Assembly (NCBI GenBank): GCA_040954595.2
Contig: CM082580.2
Location: 10,580,390 to 10,644,389, forward strand
Origin: Balanoglossus misakiensis
Taxonomy: Eukaryota; Animalia; Hemichordata
Direction of reading: 5' to 3'
Length of the DNA: 64,000 bases
This document shows, in pieces, positions 13,781 through 28,700 of the stretch (the stretch's first letter is position 1; each line of letters begins with the position of its first letter). The notes below the pieces were generated by a model. It had not been told where the DNA came from. It made no database searches and worked only from the letters and a program-made list of their open reading frames with translations. Both the position numbers and the translations under genes were made by a program.

Positions 13781-16700
13781 TCTGAAAATTTCGTCGATTT
13801 TTGAAAAAATCATGGGTTATTAGCCCATGAAAATCATGAAAAAATGACAATTTTTCGACTTTGCGAAATCTGAAAATTTCGTCGATTTTTGAAAAAATCA
13901 TGGGTTATAGCGCATGAAAATCATGAAAAAATGACAATTTTTCGACTTTGCGAAATCTGAAAATTTGGTCGATTTTTGAAAAAATCATGGGTTATAGCCC
14001 ATGAAAATCATGAAAAATTGACAATTTTTCGACTTTGCGAAATCTGAAAATTTCGTCGATTTTTGAAAAAATCATGGGTTATAGCCCATGAAAATCATGA
14101 AAAAATGACAATTTTTCGACTTTGCGAAATCTGAAAATTTGGTCGATTTTTGAAAAAATCATGGGTTATAGCCCATGAAAATCATGAAAAAATGACAATT
14201 TTTCGACTTTGCGAAATCTGAAAATTTGGTCAATTTTTGAAAAAATCATGGGTTATAGCCCATGAAAATCATGAAAAAATGACAAATTTTCGACTTTGCG
14301 AAATCTGAAAATTTGGTCGGTTTTTGAAAAAATCATGGGTTATAGCCCATGAAAATCATGAAAAAATGACAATTTTTCGACTTTGCGAAATCTGAAAATT
14401 TGGTCGATTTTTGAAAAAATCATGGGTTATAGCCCATGAAAATCATGAAAAAATGACAATTTTTCGACTTTGCGAAATCTGAAAATTTCGTCGATTTTTG
14501 AAAAAATCATGGGTTATAGCCCATGAAAATCATGAAAAAATGACAATTTTTCGACTTTGCGAAATCTGAAAATTTGGTCGATTTTTGAAAAAATCATGGG
14601 TTATAGCCCATGAAAATCATGAAAAAATGACAATTTTTCGACTTTGCGAAATCTGAAAATTTGGTCGATTTTTGAAAAAATCATGGGTTATAGCCCATGA
14701 AAATCATGAAAAAATGACAATTTTTCGACTTTGCGAAATCTGAAAATTTGGTCGATTTTTGAAAAAATCATGGGTTATAGCCCATGAAAATCATGAAAAA
14801 ATGACAATTTTTCGACTTTGCGAAATCTGAAAATTTGGTCAATTTTTGAAAAAATCATGGGTTATAGCCCATGAAAATCATGAAAAAATGACAATTTTAC
14901 GATTTTGCGAAATCTGAAAATTTGGTCGATTTTTGAAAAAATCATGGGTTATAGCCCATGAAAATCATGAAAAAATGACAATTTTTCGACTTTGCGAAAT
15001 CTGAAAATTTCGTCGATTTTTGAAAAAATCATGGGTTATAGCCCATGAAAATCATGAAAAAATGACAATTTTTCGACTTTGCGAAATCTGAAAATTTGGT
15101 CGATTTTTGAAAAAATCATGGGTTATAGCCCATGAAAATCATGAAAAAATGACAATTTTTCGACTTTGCGAAATCTGAAAATTTGGTCGATTTTTGAAAA
15201 AATCATGGGTTATAGCCCATGAAAATCATGATAAAATGACAATTTTTCGACTTTGCGAAATCTGAAAATTTGGTCGATTTTTGAAAAAATCATGGGTTAT
15301 AGCCCATGAAAATCATGAAAAAATGACAATTTTTCGACTTTGCGAAATCTGAAAATTTGGTCGATTTTTGAAAAAATCATGGGTTATAGCCCATGCAAAT
15401 CATGAAAAAATGACAATTTTTCGACTTTGCGAAATCTGAAAATTTGGTCGATTTTTGAAAAAATCATGGGTTATAGCCCATGAAAATCATGAAAAAATGA
15501 CAATTTTTCGACTTTGCGAAATCTGAAAATTTGGTCGATTTTTGAAAAAATCATGGGTTATAGCCCATGAAAATCATGAAAAAATGACAATTTTTCGACT
15601 TTGCGAAATCTGAAAATTTGGTCGATTTTTGAAAAAATCATGGGTTATAGCCAATGAAAATCATGAAAAAATGACAATTTTTCGACTTTGCGTAATCTGA
15701 AAATTTGGTCGATTTTTGAAAAAATCATGGGTTATAGCCCATGAAAATCATGAAAAAATGACAATTTTTCGACTTTGCGAAATCTGAAAATTTGGTCGAT
15801 TTTTGAAAAAATCATGGGTTATAGCCCATGAAAATCATGAAAAAATGACAATTTTTCGACTTTGCGAAATCTGAAAATTTGGTCGATTTTTGAAAAAATC
15901 ATGGGTTATAGCCCATGAAAATCATGAAAAAATGACAATTTTTCGACTTTGCGAAATCTGAAAATTTGGTCGATTTTTGAAAAAATCATGGGTTATAGCC
16001 CATGAAAATCATGAAAAAATGACAATTTTTCGACTTTGCGAAATCTGAAAATTTGGTCGATTTTTGAAAAAATCATGGGTTATAGCCCATGAAAATCATG
16101 AAAAAATGACAATTTTTCGACTTTGCGAAATCTGAAAATTTGGTCGATTTTTGAAAAAATCATGGGTTATAGCCCATGAAAATCATGAAAAAATGACAAT
16201 TTTTCGACTTTGCGAAATCTGAAAATTTGGTCGATTTTTGAAAAAATCATGGGTTATAGCCCATGAAAATCATGTAAAAATGACAATTTTTCGACTTTGC
16301 GAAATCTGAAAATTTGGTCGATTTTTGAAAAAATCATGGGTTATAGCCCATGAAAATCATGAAAAAATGACAATTTTTCGACTTTGCGAAATCTGAAAAT
16401 TTGGTCGATTTTTAAAAAATCATGGGTTATAGCCCATGAAAATCATGAAAAAATGACAATTTTTCGACTTTGCGAAATCTGAAAATTTGGTCGATTTTTG
16501 AAAAAATCATGGGTTATAGACCATGAAAATCATGAAAAAATGACAATTTTTCGACTTTGCGAAATCTGAAAATTTGGTCGATTTTTGAAAAAATCATGGG
16601 TTATAGCCCATGAAAATCATGAAAATATGACAATTTTTCGACTTTGCGAAATCTGAAAATTTGGTCGATTTTTGAAAAAATCATGGGTTATAGCCCATGA

Positions 16701-19700
16701 AAATCATGAAAAAATGACAATTTTTCGACTTTGCGAAATCTGAAAATTTGGTCGATTTTTGAAAAAATCATGGGTTATAGCCCATGAAAATCATGAAAAA
16801 ATGACAATTTTACGACTTTGCGAAATCTGAAAATTTCGTCGATTTTTGAAAAAATCATGGGTTATAGCCCATGAAAATCATGAAAAAATGACAATTTTTC
16901 GACTTTGCGAAATCTGAAAATTTGGTCGATTTTTGAAAAAATCATGGGTTATAGCCCATGAAAATCATGAAAAAATGACAATTTTTCGACTTTGCGAAAT
17001 CTGAAAATTTGGTCGATTTTTGAAAAAATCATGGGTTATAGCCCATGAAAATCATGAAAAAATGACAATTTTTCGACTTTGCGAAATCTGAAAATTTGGT
17101 CGATTTTTGAAAAAATCATGGGTTATAGCCCATGAAAATCATGAAAAAATGACAATTTTACGACTTTGCGAAATCTGAAAATTTGGTCGATTTTTGAAAA
17201 AATCATGGGTTATAGCCCAAGAAAATCATGAAAAAATGACAATTTTTCGACTTTGCGAAATCTGAAAATTTGGTCGATTTTTGAAAAAATCATGGGTTAT
17301 AGCCCATGAAAATCATGAAAAAATGACAATTTTTCGACTTTGCGAAATCTGAAAATTTGGTCGATTTTTGAAAAAATCATGGGTTATAGCCCATGAAAAT
17401 CATGAAAAAATGACAATTTTACGACTTTGCGAAATCTGAAAATTTCGTCGATTTTTGAAAAAATCATGGGTTATAGCCCATGAAAATCATGAAAAAATGA
17501 CAATTTTTCGACTTTGCGAAATCTGAAAATTTCGTCGATTTTTGAAAAAATCATGGGTTATAGCCCATGAAAATCATGAAAAAATGACAATTTTTCGACT
17601 TTGCGAAATCTGAAAATTTGGTCGATTTTTGAAAAAATCATGGGTTATAGCCCATGAAAATCATGAAAAAATGACAATTTTTCGACTTTGCGAAATCTGA
17701 AAATTTGGTCGATTTTTGAAAAAAATCATGGGTTATAGCCCATGAAAATCATGAAAAAATGACAATTTTTCGACTTTGCTAAATCTGAAAATTTGGTCGA
17801 TTTTTGAAAAAATCATGGGTTATAGCCCATGAAAATCATGAAAAAATGACAATTTTTCGACTTTGCGAAATCTGAAAATTTCGTCGATTTTTGAAAAAAT
17901 CATGGGTTATAGCCCATGAAAATCATGAAAAAATGACAATTTTTCGACTTTGCGAAATCTGAAAATTTGGTCGATTTTTGAAAAAATCATGGGTTATAGC
18001 CCATGAAAATCATGAAAAAATGACAATTTTTCGACTTTGCGAAATCTGAAAATTTCGTCGATTTTTGAAAAAATCATGGGTTATAGCCCATGAAAATCAT
18101 GAAAAAAAGACAATTTTTCGACTTTGCGAAATCTGAAAATTTGGTCGATTTTTGAAAAAATCATGGGTTATAGCCCATGAAAATCATGAAAAAATGACAA
18201 TTTTTCGACTTTGCGAAATCTTAAAATTTGGTCGATTTTTGAAAAAATCATGGGTTATAGCCCATGAAAATCATGAAAAAATGACAATTTTTCGACTTTG
18301 CGAAATCTGAAAATTTGGTCGATTTTTGAAAAAATCATGGGTTATAGCCCATGAAAATCATGAAAAAATGACAATTTTTCGACTTTGCGAAATCTGAAAA
18401 TTTGGTCGATTTTTGAAAAAATCATGGGTTATAGCCCATGAAAATCATGAAAAAATGACAATTTTTCGACCTTGCCAAATCTGAAAATTTGGTCGATTTT
18501 TGAAAAAATCATGGGTTATAGCCCATGAAAATCATGAAAAAATGACAATTTTTCGACCTTGCGAAATCTGAAAATTTGGTCGATTTTTGAAAAAATCATG
18601 GGTTATAGCCCATGAAAATCATGAAAAAATGACAATTTTTCGACTTTGCGAAATCTGAAAATTAGGTCGATTTTTGAAAAAATCATGGGTTATAGCCCAT
18701 GAAAATCATGAAAAAATGACAATTTTTCGACTTTGCGAAATCTGAAAATTTGGTCGATTTTTGAAAAAATCATGGGTTATAGCCCATGAAAATCATGAAA
18801 AAATGACAATTTTTCGACTTTGCGAAATCTGAAAATTTCGTCGATTTTTGAAAAAATCATGGGTTATAGCCCATGAAAATCATGAAAAAATGACAATTTT
18901 TCGACTTTGCGAAATCTGAAAATTTGGTCGATTTTTGAAAAAATCATGGGTTATAGCCCATGAAAATCATGAAAAAATGACAATTTTTCGACTTTGCGAA
19001 ATCTGAAAATTTCGTCGATTTCTGAAAAAATCATGGGTTATAGCCCATGAAAATCATGAAAAAATGACAATTTTTCGACTTTGCGAAATCTGAAAATTTG
19101 GTCGATTTTTGAAAAAATCATGGGTTATAGCCCATGAAAATCAGGAAAAAATGACAATTTTTCGACTTTGCGAAATCTGAAAATTTGGTCGATTTTTGAA
19201 AAAATCATGGGTTATAGCCCATGAAAATCATGAAAAAATGACAATTTTTCGACTTTGCGAAATCTGAAAATTTGGTCGATTTTTGAAAAAATCATGGGTT
19301 ATAGCCCATGAAAATCATGAAAAAATGACAATTTTTCGACTTTGCGAAATCTGAAAATTTGGTCGATTTTTGAAAAAATCATGGGTTATATAGCCCATGA
19401 AAATCATGAAAAAATGACAATTTTTCGACTTTGCGAAATCTGAAAATTTGGTCGATTTTTGAAAAAATCATGGGTTATAGCCCATGAAAATCATGAAAAA
19501 ATGACAATTTTTCGACTTTGCGAAATCTGAAAATTTGGTCGATTTTTGAAAAAATCATGGGTTATAGCCCATGAAAATCATGAAAAAATGACAATTTTTC
19601 GACTTTGCGAAATCTGAAAATTTGGTCGATTTTTGAAAAAATCATGGGTTATAGCCCATGAAAATCATGAAAAAATGACAATTTTTCGACTTTGCGAAAT

Positions 19701-22700
19701 CTGAAAATTTCGTCGATTTTTGAAAAAATCATGGGTTATAGCCCATGAAAATCATGAAAAAATGACAATTTTTCGACTTTGCTAAATCTGAAAATTTGGT
19801 CGATTTTTGAAAAAATCATGGGTTATAGCCCATGAAAATCATGAAAAAATGACAATTTTTCGACTTTGCGAAATCTGAAAATTTGGTCGATTTTTGAAAA
19901 AATCATGGGTTATAGCCCATGAAAATCATGAAAAAATGACAATTTTTCGACTTTGCGAAATCTGAAAATTTGGTCGATTTTTGAAAAAATCATGGGTTAT
20001 AGCCCATGAAAATCATGAAAAAATGACAATTTTTCGACCTTGCGAAATCTGAAAATTTGGTCGATTTTTGAAAAAATCATGGGTTATAGCCCATGAAAAT
20101 CATGAAAAAATGACAATTTTTCGACTTTGCGAAATCTGAAAATTAGGTCGATTTTTGAAAAAATCATGGGTTATAGCCCATGAAAATCATGAAAAAATGA
20201 CAATTTTTCGACTTTGCGAAATCTGAAAATTTGGTCGATTTTTGAAAAAATCATGGGTTATAGCCCATGAAAATCATGAAAAAATGACAATTTTTCGACT
20301 TTGCGAAATCTGAAAATTTCGTCGATTTTTGAAAAAATCATGGGTTATAGCCCATGAAAATCATGAAAAAATGACAATTTTTCGACTTTGCGAAATCTGA
20401 AAATTTGGTCGATTTTTGAAAAAATCATGGGTTATAGCCCATGAAAATCATGAAAAAATGACAATTTTTCGACTTTGCGAAATCTGAAAATTTCGTCGAT
20501 TTCTGAAAAAATCATGGGTTATAGCCCATGAAAATCATGAAAAAATGACAATTTTTCGACTTTGCGAAATCTGAAAATTTGGTCGATTTTTGAAAAAATC
20601 ATGGGTTATAGCCCATGAAAATCAGGAAAAAATGACAATTTTTCGACTTTGCGAAATCTGAAAATTTGGTCGATTTTTGAAAAAATCATGGGTTATAGCC
20701 CATGAAAATCATGAAAAAATGACAATTTTTCGACTTTGCGAAATCTGAAAATTTGGTCGATTTTTGAAAAAATCATGGGTTATAGCCCATGAAAATCATA
20801 AAAAAATGACAATTTTTCGACTTTGCGAAATCTGAAAATTTGGTCGATTTTTGAAAAAATCATGGGTTATATAGCCCATGAAAATCATGAAAAAATGACA
20901 ATTTTTCGACTTTGCGAAATCTGAAAATTTGGTCGATTTTTGAAAAAATCATGGGTTATAGCCCATGAAAATCATGAAAAAATGACAATTTTTCGACTTT
21001 GCGAAATCTGAAAATTTGGTCGATTTTTGAAAAAATCATGGGTTATAGCCCATGAAAATCATGAAAAAATGACAATTTTTCGACTTTGCGAAATCTGAAA
21101 ATTTGGTCGATTTTTGAAAAAATCATGGGTTATAGCCCATGAAAATCATGAAAAAATGACAATTTTTCGACTTTGCGAAATCTGAAAATTTCGTCGATTT
21201 TTGAAAAAATCATGGGTTATAGCCCATGAAAATCATGAAAAAATGACAATTTTTCGACTTTGCTAAATCTGAAAATTTGGTCGATTTTTGAAAAAATCAT
21301 GGGTTATAGCCCATGAAAATCATGAAAAAATGACAATTTTTCGACTTTGCGAAATCTGAAAATTTGGTCGATTTTTGAAAAAATCATGGGTTATAGCCCA
21401 TGAAAATCATGAAAAAATGACAATTTTTCGACTTTGCGAAATCTGAAAATTTGGTCGATTTTTGAAAAAATCATGGGTTATAGCCCATGAAAATCATGAA
21501 AAAATGACAATTTTTCGACTTTGCGAAATCTGAAAATTTGGTCGATTTTTGAAAAAATCATGGGTTATAGCCCAAGAAAATCATGAAAAAATGACAATTT
21601 TTCGACTTTGCGAAATCTGAAAATTTGGTCGATTTTTGAAAAAATCATGGGTTATAGCCCATGAAAATCATGAAAAAATGACAATTTTTCGACTTTGCGA
21701 AATCTGAAAATTTCGTCGATTTTTGAAAAAATCATGGGTTATAGCCCATGAAAATCATGAAAAAATGACAATTTTTCGACTTTGCGAAATCTGAAAATTT
21801 GGTCGATTTTTGAAAAAATCATGGGTTATAGCCCATGAAAATCATGAAAAAATGACAATTTTTCGACTTTGCGAAATCTGAAAATTTGGTCGATTTTTGA
21901 AAAAATCATGGGTTATAGCCCATGAAAATCATGAAAAAATGACAATTTTTCGACTTTGCGAAATCTGAAAATTTCGTCGATTTTTGAAAAAATCATGGGT
22001 TATAGCCCATGAAAATCAGGAAAAAATGACAATTTTTCGACTTTGCGAAATCTGAAAATTTCGTCGATTTTTGAAAAAATCATGGGTTATAGCCCATGAA
22101 AATCAGGAAAAAATGACAATTTTTCGACTTTGCTAAATCTGAAAATTTGGTCGATTTTTGAAAAAATCATGGGTTATAGCCCATGAAAATCATGAAAAAA
22201 TGACAATTTTTCGACTTTGCGAAATCTGAAAATTTCGTCGATTTTTGAAAAAATCATGGGTTATAGCCCATGAAAATCATGAAAAAATGACAATTTTACG
22301 ACTTTGCGAAATCTGAAAATTTGGTCGATTTTTGAAAAAATCATGGGTTATAGCCCATGAAAATCATGAAAAAATGACAATTTTTCGACTTTGCGAAATC
22401 TGAAAATTTGGTCGATTTTTGAAAAAATCATGGGTTATAGCCCAAGAAAATCAGGAAAAAATGACAATTTTTCGACTTTGCGAAATCTGAAAATTTGGTC
22501 GATTTTTGAAAAAATCATGGGTTATAGCCCATGAAAATCATGAAAAAATGACAATTTTTCGACTTTGCGAAATCTGAAAATTTCGTCGATTTTTGAAAAA
22601 ATCATGGGTTATAGCCCATGAAAATCATGAAAAAATGACAATTTTACGACTTTGCGAAATCTGAAAATTTGGTCGATTTTTGAAAAAATCATGGGTTATA

Positions 22701-25700
22701 GCCCATGAAAATCATGAAAAAATGACAATTTTTCGACTTTGCGAAATCTGAAAATTTGGTCGATTTTTGAAAAAATCATGGGTTATAGCCCAAGAAAATC
22801 AGGAAAAAATGACAATTTTTCGACTTTGCGAAATCTGAAAATTTGGTCGATTTTTGAAAAAATCATGGGTTATAGCCCATGAAAATCATGAAAAAATGAC
22901 AATTTTTCGACTTTGCGAAATCTGAAAATTTCGTCGATTTTTGAAAAAATCATGGGTTATAGCCCATGAAAATCAGGAAAAAATGACAATTTTTCGACTT
23001 TGCGAAATCTGAAAATTTCGTCGATTTTTGAAAAAATCATGGGTTATAGCCCATGAAAATCAGGAAAAAATGACAATTTTTCGACTTTGCTAAATCTGAA
23101 AATTTGGTCGATTTTTGAAAAAATCATGGGTTATAGCCCATGAAAATCATGAAAAAATGACAATTTTTCGACTTTGCGAAATCTGAAAATTTGGTCGATT
23201 TTTGAAAAAATCATGGGTTATAGCCCATGAAAATCATGAAAAAATGACAATTTTTCGACTTTGCGAAATCTGAAAATTTGGTCGATTTTTGAAAAAATCA
23301 TGGGTTATAGCCCATGAAAATCATGAAAAAATGACAATTCTTCGACTTTGCGAAATCTGAAAATTTGGTCGATTTTTGAAAAAATCATGGGTTATAGCCC
23401 ATGAAAATCATGAAAAAATGATAATTTTTCGACTTTGCGAAATCTGAAAATTTCGTCGATTTTTGAAAAAATCATGGGTTATAGCCCATGAAAATCAGGA
23501 AAAAATGACAATTTTTCGACTTTGCGAAATCTGAAAATTTGGTCGATTTTTGAAAAAATCATGGGTTATAGCCCATGAAAATCAGGAAAAAATGACAATT
23601 TTTCGACTTTGCGAAATCTGAAAATTTGGTCGATTTTTGAAAAAATCATGGGTTATAGCCCATGAAAATCATGAAAAAATGACAATTTTTCGACTTTGCG
23701 AAACCTGAAAATTTCGTCGATTTTTGAAAAAATCATGGGTTATAGCCCATGAAAATCATGAAAAAATGACAATTTTTCGACTTTGCGAAATCTGAAAATT
23801 TCGTCGATTTTTGAAAAAATCATGGGTTATAGCCCATGAAAATCATGAAAAAATGACAATTTTTCGACTTTGCGAAATCTGAAAATTTCGTCGATTTTTG
23901 AAAAAATCATGGGTTATAGCCCATGAAAATCATGAAAAAATGACAATTTTTCGACTTTGCGAAATCTGAAAATTTGGTCGATTTTTGAAAAAATCATGGG
24001 TTATAGCCCAAGAAAATCATGAAAAAATGACAATTTTTCGACTTTGCGAAATCTGAAAATTTGGTCGATTTTTGAAAAAATCATGGGTTATAGCCCATGA
24101 AAATCATGAAAAAATGACAATTTTTCGACTTTGCGAAATCTGAAAATTTGGTCGATTTTTGAAAAAATCATGGGTTATAGCCCATGAAAATCATGAAAAA
24201 ATGACAATTTTTCGACTTTGCGAAATCTGAAAATTTCGTCGATTTTTGAAAAAATCATGGGTTATAGCCCATGAAAATCATGAAAAAATGACAATTTTTC
24301 GACTTTGCGAAATCTGAAAATTTGGTCGATTTTTGAAAATATCATGGGTTATAGCCCATGAAAATCATGAAAAAATGACAATTTTTCGACTTTGCGAAAT
24401 CTGAAAATTTGGTCGATTTTTGAAAATATCATGGGTTATAGCCCATGAAAATCATGAAAAAATGACAATTTTTCGACTTTGCGAAATCTGAAAATTTGGT
24501 CGATTTTTGAAAAAATCATGGGTTATAGCCCATGAAAATCAGGAAAAAATGACAATTTTTCGACTTTGCGAAATCTGAAAATTTCGTCGATTTTTGAAAA
24601 AATCATGGTTTATAGCCCATGAAAATCAGGAAAAAATGACAATTTTTCGACTTTGCGAAATCTGAAAATTTGGTCAATTTTTGAAAAAATCATGGGTTAT
24701 AGCCCATGAAAATCATGAAAAAATGACAAATTTTCGACTTTGCGAAATCTGAAAATTTCCTCGATTTTTGAAAAAATCATGGGTTATAGCCCATGAAAAT
24801 CATGAAAAAATGACAATTTTTCGACTTTGCGAAATCTGAAAATTTCGTCGATTTTTGAAAAAATCATGGGTTATAGCCCATGAAAATCATGAAAAAATGA
24901 CAATTTTTCGACTTTGCGAAATCTGAAAATTTCGTCGATTTTTGAAAAAATCATGGGTTATAGCCCATGAAAATCATGAAAAAATGACAATTTTTCGACT
25001 TTGCGAAATCTGAAAATTTCGTCGATTTTTGAAAAAATCATGGGTTATAGCCCATGAAAATCATGAAAAAATGACAATTTTTCGACTTTGCGAAATCTGA
25101 AAATTTCGTCGATTTTTGAAAAAATCATGGGTTATTCCCCATGAAAATCATGAAAAAATGACAATTTTTCGACTTTGCGAAATCTGAAAATTTCGTCGAT
25201 TTTTGAAAAAATCATGGGTTATAGCCCATGAAAATCATGAAAAAATGACAATTTTTCGACTTTGCGAAATCTGAAAATTTGGTCGATTTTTGAAAAAATC
25301 ATGGGTTATAGCCCAAGAAAATCAGGAAAAAATGACAATTTTTCGACTTTGCGAAACCAGAAAATTTGGTCGATTTTTGAAAAAATCATGGGTTATAGCC
25401 CATGAAAATCATGAAAAAATGACAATTTTTCGACTTTGCGAAATCTGAAAAATTCGTCGATTTTTGAAAAAATCATGGGTTATAGCCCATGAAAATCATG
25501 AAAAAATGACAATTTTTCGACTTTGCGAAATCTGAAAATTTGGTCGATTTTTGAAAAAATCATGGGTTATAGCCCATGAAAATCATGAAAAAATGACAAT
25601 TTTTCGACTTTGCGAAACCTGAAAATTTGGTCGATTTTTGAAAAAATCATGGGTTATAGCCCATGAAAATCATGAAAAAATGACAATTTTTCGACTTTGC

Positions 25701-28700
25701 GAAATCTGAAAATTTGGTCGATTTTTGAAAAAATCATGGGTTATAGCCCATGAAAATCATGAAAAAACGACAATTTTTCGACTTTGCGAAATCTGAAAAT
25801 TTGGTCGATTTTTGAAAAAATCATGGGTTATAGCCCATGAAAATCATGAAAAATGACAATTTTTCGACTTTGCGAAATCTGAAAATTTGGTCGATTTTTG
25901 AAAAAATCATGGGTTATAGCCCATGAAAATCATGAAAAAATGACAATTTTTCGACTTTGCGAAATCTGAAAATTTGGTCGATTTTTGAAAAAATCATGGG
26001 TTATAGCCCATGAAAATCATGAAAAAATGACAATTTTTCGACTTTGCGAAATCTGAAAATTTGGTTGATTTTTGAAAAAATCATGGGTTATAGCCCATGA
26101 AAATCATGAAAAAATGACAATTTTTCGACTTTGCGAAATCTGAAAATTTGGTCGATTTTTGAAAAAATCATGGGTTATAGCCCATGAAAATCATGAAAAA
26201 ATGACAATTTTTCGACTTTGCGAAATCTGAAAATTTGGTCGATTTTTGAAAAAATCATGGGTTATAGCCCATGAAAATCATGAAAAAATGACAATTTTTC
26301 GACTTTGCGAAATCTGAAAATTTGGTCGATTTTTAAAAAATCATGGGTTATAGCCCATGAAAATCATGAAAAAATGACAATTTTTCGACTTTGCGAAATC
26401 TGAAAATTTGGTCGATTTTTGAAAAAATCATGGGTTATAGCCCATGAAAATCATGAAAAAATGACAATTTTTCGACTTTGCGAAATCTGAAAATTTGGTC
26501 GATTTTTGAAAAAATCATGGGTTATAGCCCATGAAAATCATGAAAAAATGACAATTTTTCGACTTTGCGAAATCTGAAAATTTGGTCGATTTTTGAAAAA
26601 ATCATGGGTTATAGCCCATGAAAATCATGAAAAAATGACAATTTTTCGACTTTGCGAAATCTGAAAATTTGGTCGATTTTTGAAAAAATCATGGGTTATA
26701 GCCCATGAAAATCATGAAAAAATGACAATTTTTCGACTTTGCGAAATCTGAAAATTTGGTCGATTTTTGAAAAAATCATGGGTTATAGCCCATGAAAATC
26801 ATGAAAAAATGACAATTTTTCGACTTTGCGAAATCTGAAAATTTCGTCGATTTTTGAAAAAATCATGGGTTATAGCCCATGAAAATCATGAAAAAATGAC
26901 AATTTTTCGACTTTGCGAAATCTGAAAATTTCGTCGATTTTTGAAAAAATCATGGGTTATAGCCCATGAAAATCATGAAAAAATGACAATTTTTCGACTT
27001 TGCGAAATCTGAAAATTTCGTCGATTTTTGAAAAAATCATGGGTTATAGCCCATGAAAATCATGAAAAAATGACAATTTTTCGACTTTGCGAAATCTGAA
27101 AATTTCGTCGATTTTTGAAAAAATCATGGGTTATTCCCCATGAAAATCATGAAAAAATGACAATTTTTCGACTTTGCGAAATCTGAAAATTTCGTCGATT
27201 TTTGAAAAAATCATGGGTTATAGCCCATGAAAATCATGAAAAAATGACAATTTTTCGACTTTGCGAAATCTGAAAATTTGGTCGATTTTTGAAAAAATCA
27301 TGGGTTATAGCCCATGAAAATCATGAAAAAATGACAATTTTTCGACTTTGCGAAACCAGAAAATTTGGTCGATTTTTGAAAAAATCATGGGTTATAGCCC
27401 ATGAAAATCATGAAAAAATGACAATTTTTCGACTTTGCGAAATCTGAAAAATTCGTCGATTTTTGAAAAAATCATGGGTTATAGCCCATGAAAATCATGA
27501 AAAAATGACAATTTTTCGACTTTGCGAAATCTGAAAATTTGGTCGATTTTTGAAAAAATCATGGGTTATAGCCCATGAAAATCATGAAAAAATGACAATT
27601 TTTCGACTTTGCGAAACCTGAAAATTTGGTCGATTTTTGAAAAAATCATGGGTTATAGCCCATGAAAATCATGAAAAAATGACAATTTTTCGACTTTGCG
27701 AAACCTGAAAATTTGGTCGATTTTTGAAAAAATCATGGGTTATAGCCCATGAAAATCATGAAAAAATGACAATTTTTCGACTTTGCGAAATCTGAAAATT
27801 TGGTCGATTTTTGAAAAAATCATGGGTTATAGCCCATGAAAATCAGGAAAAAACGACAATTTTTCGACTTTGCGAAATCTGAAAATTTGGTCGATTTTTG
27901 AAAAAATCATGGGTTATAGCCCATGAAAATCATGAAAAAATGACAATTTTTCGACTTTGCGAAATCTGAAAATTTGGTCGATTTTTGAAAAAATCATGGG
28001 TTATAGCCCATGAAAATCATGAAAAAATGACAATTTTTCGACTTTGCGAAATCTGAAAATTTGGTCGATTTTTGAAAAAATCATGGGTTATAGCCCATGA
28101 AAATCATGAAAAAATGACAATTTTTCGACTTTGCGAAATCTGAAAATTTGGTCGATTTTTAAAAAATCATGGGTTATAGCCCATGAAAATCATGAAAAAA
28201 TGACAATTTTTCGACTTTGCGAAATCTGAAAATTTGGTCGATTTTTGAAAAAATCATGGGTTATAGCCCATGAAAATCATGAAAAAATGACAATTTTTCG
28301 ACTTTGCGAAATCTGAAAATTTCGTCGATTTTTGAAAAAATCATGGGTTATAGCCCATGAAAATCATGAAAAAATGACAATTTTTCGACTTTGCGAAATC
28401 TGAAAATTTCGTCGATTTTTGAAAAAATCATGGGTTATAGCCCATGAAAATCATGAAAAAATGACAATTTTTCGACTTTGCGAAATCTGAAAATTTCGTC
28501 GATTTTTGAAAAAATCATGGGTTATAGCCCATGAAAATCATGAAAAAATGACAATTTTTCGACTTTGCGAAATCTGAAAATTTCGTCGATTTTTGAAAAA
28601 ATCATGGGTTATTCCCCATGAAAATCATGAAAAAATGACAATTTTTCGACTTTGCGAAATCTGAAAATTTCGTCGATTTTTGAAAAAATCATGGGTTATA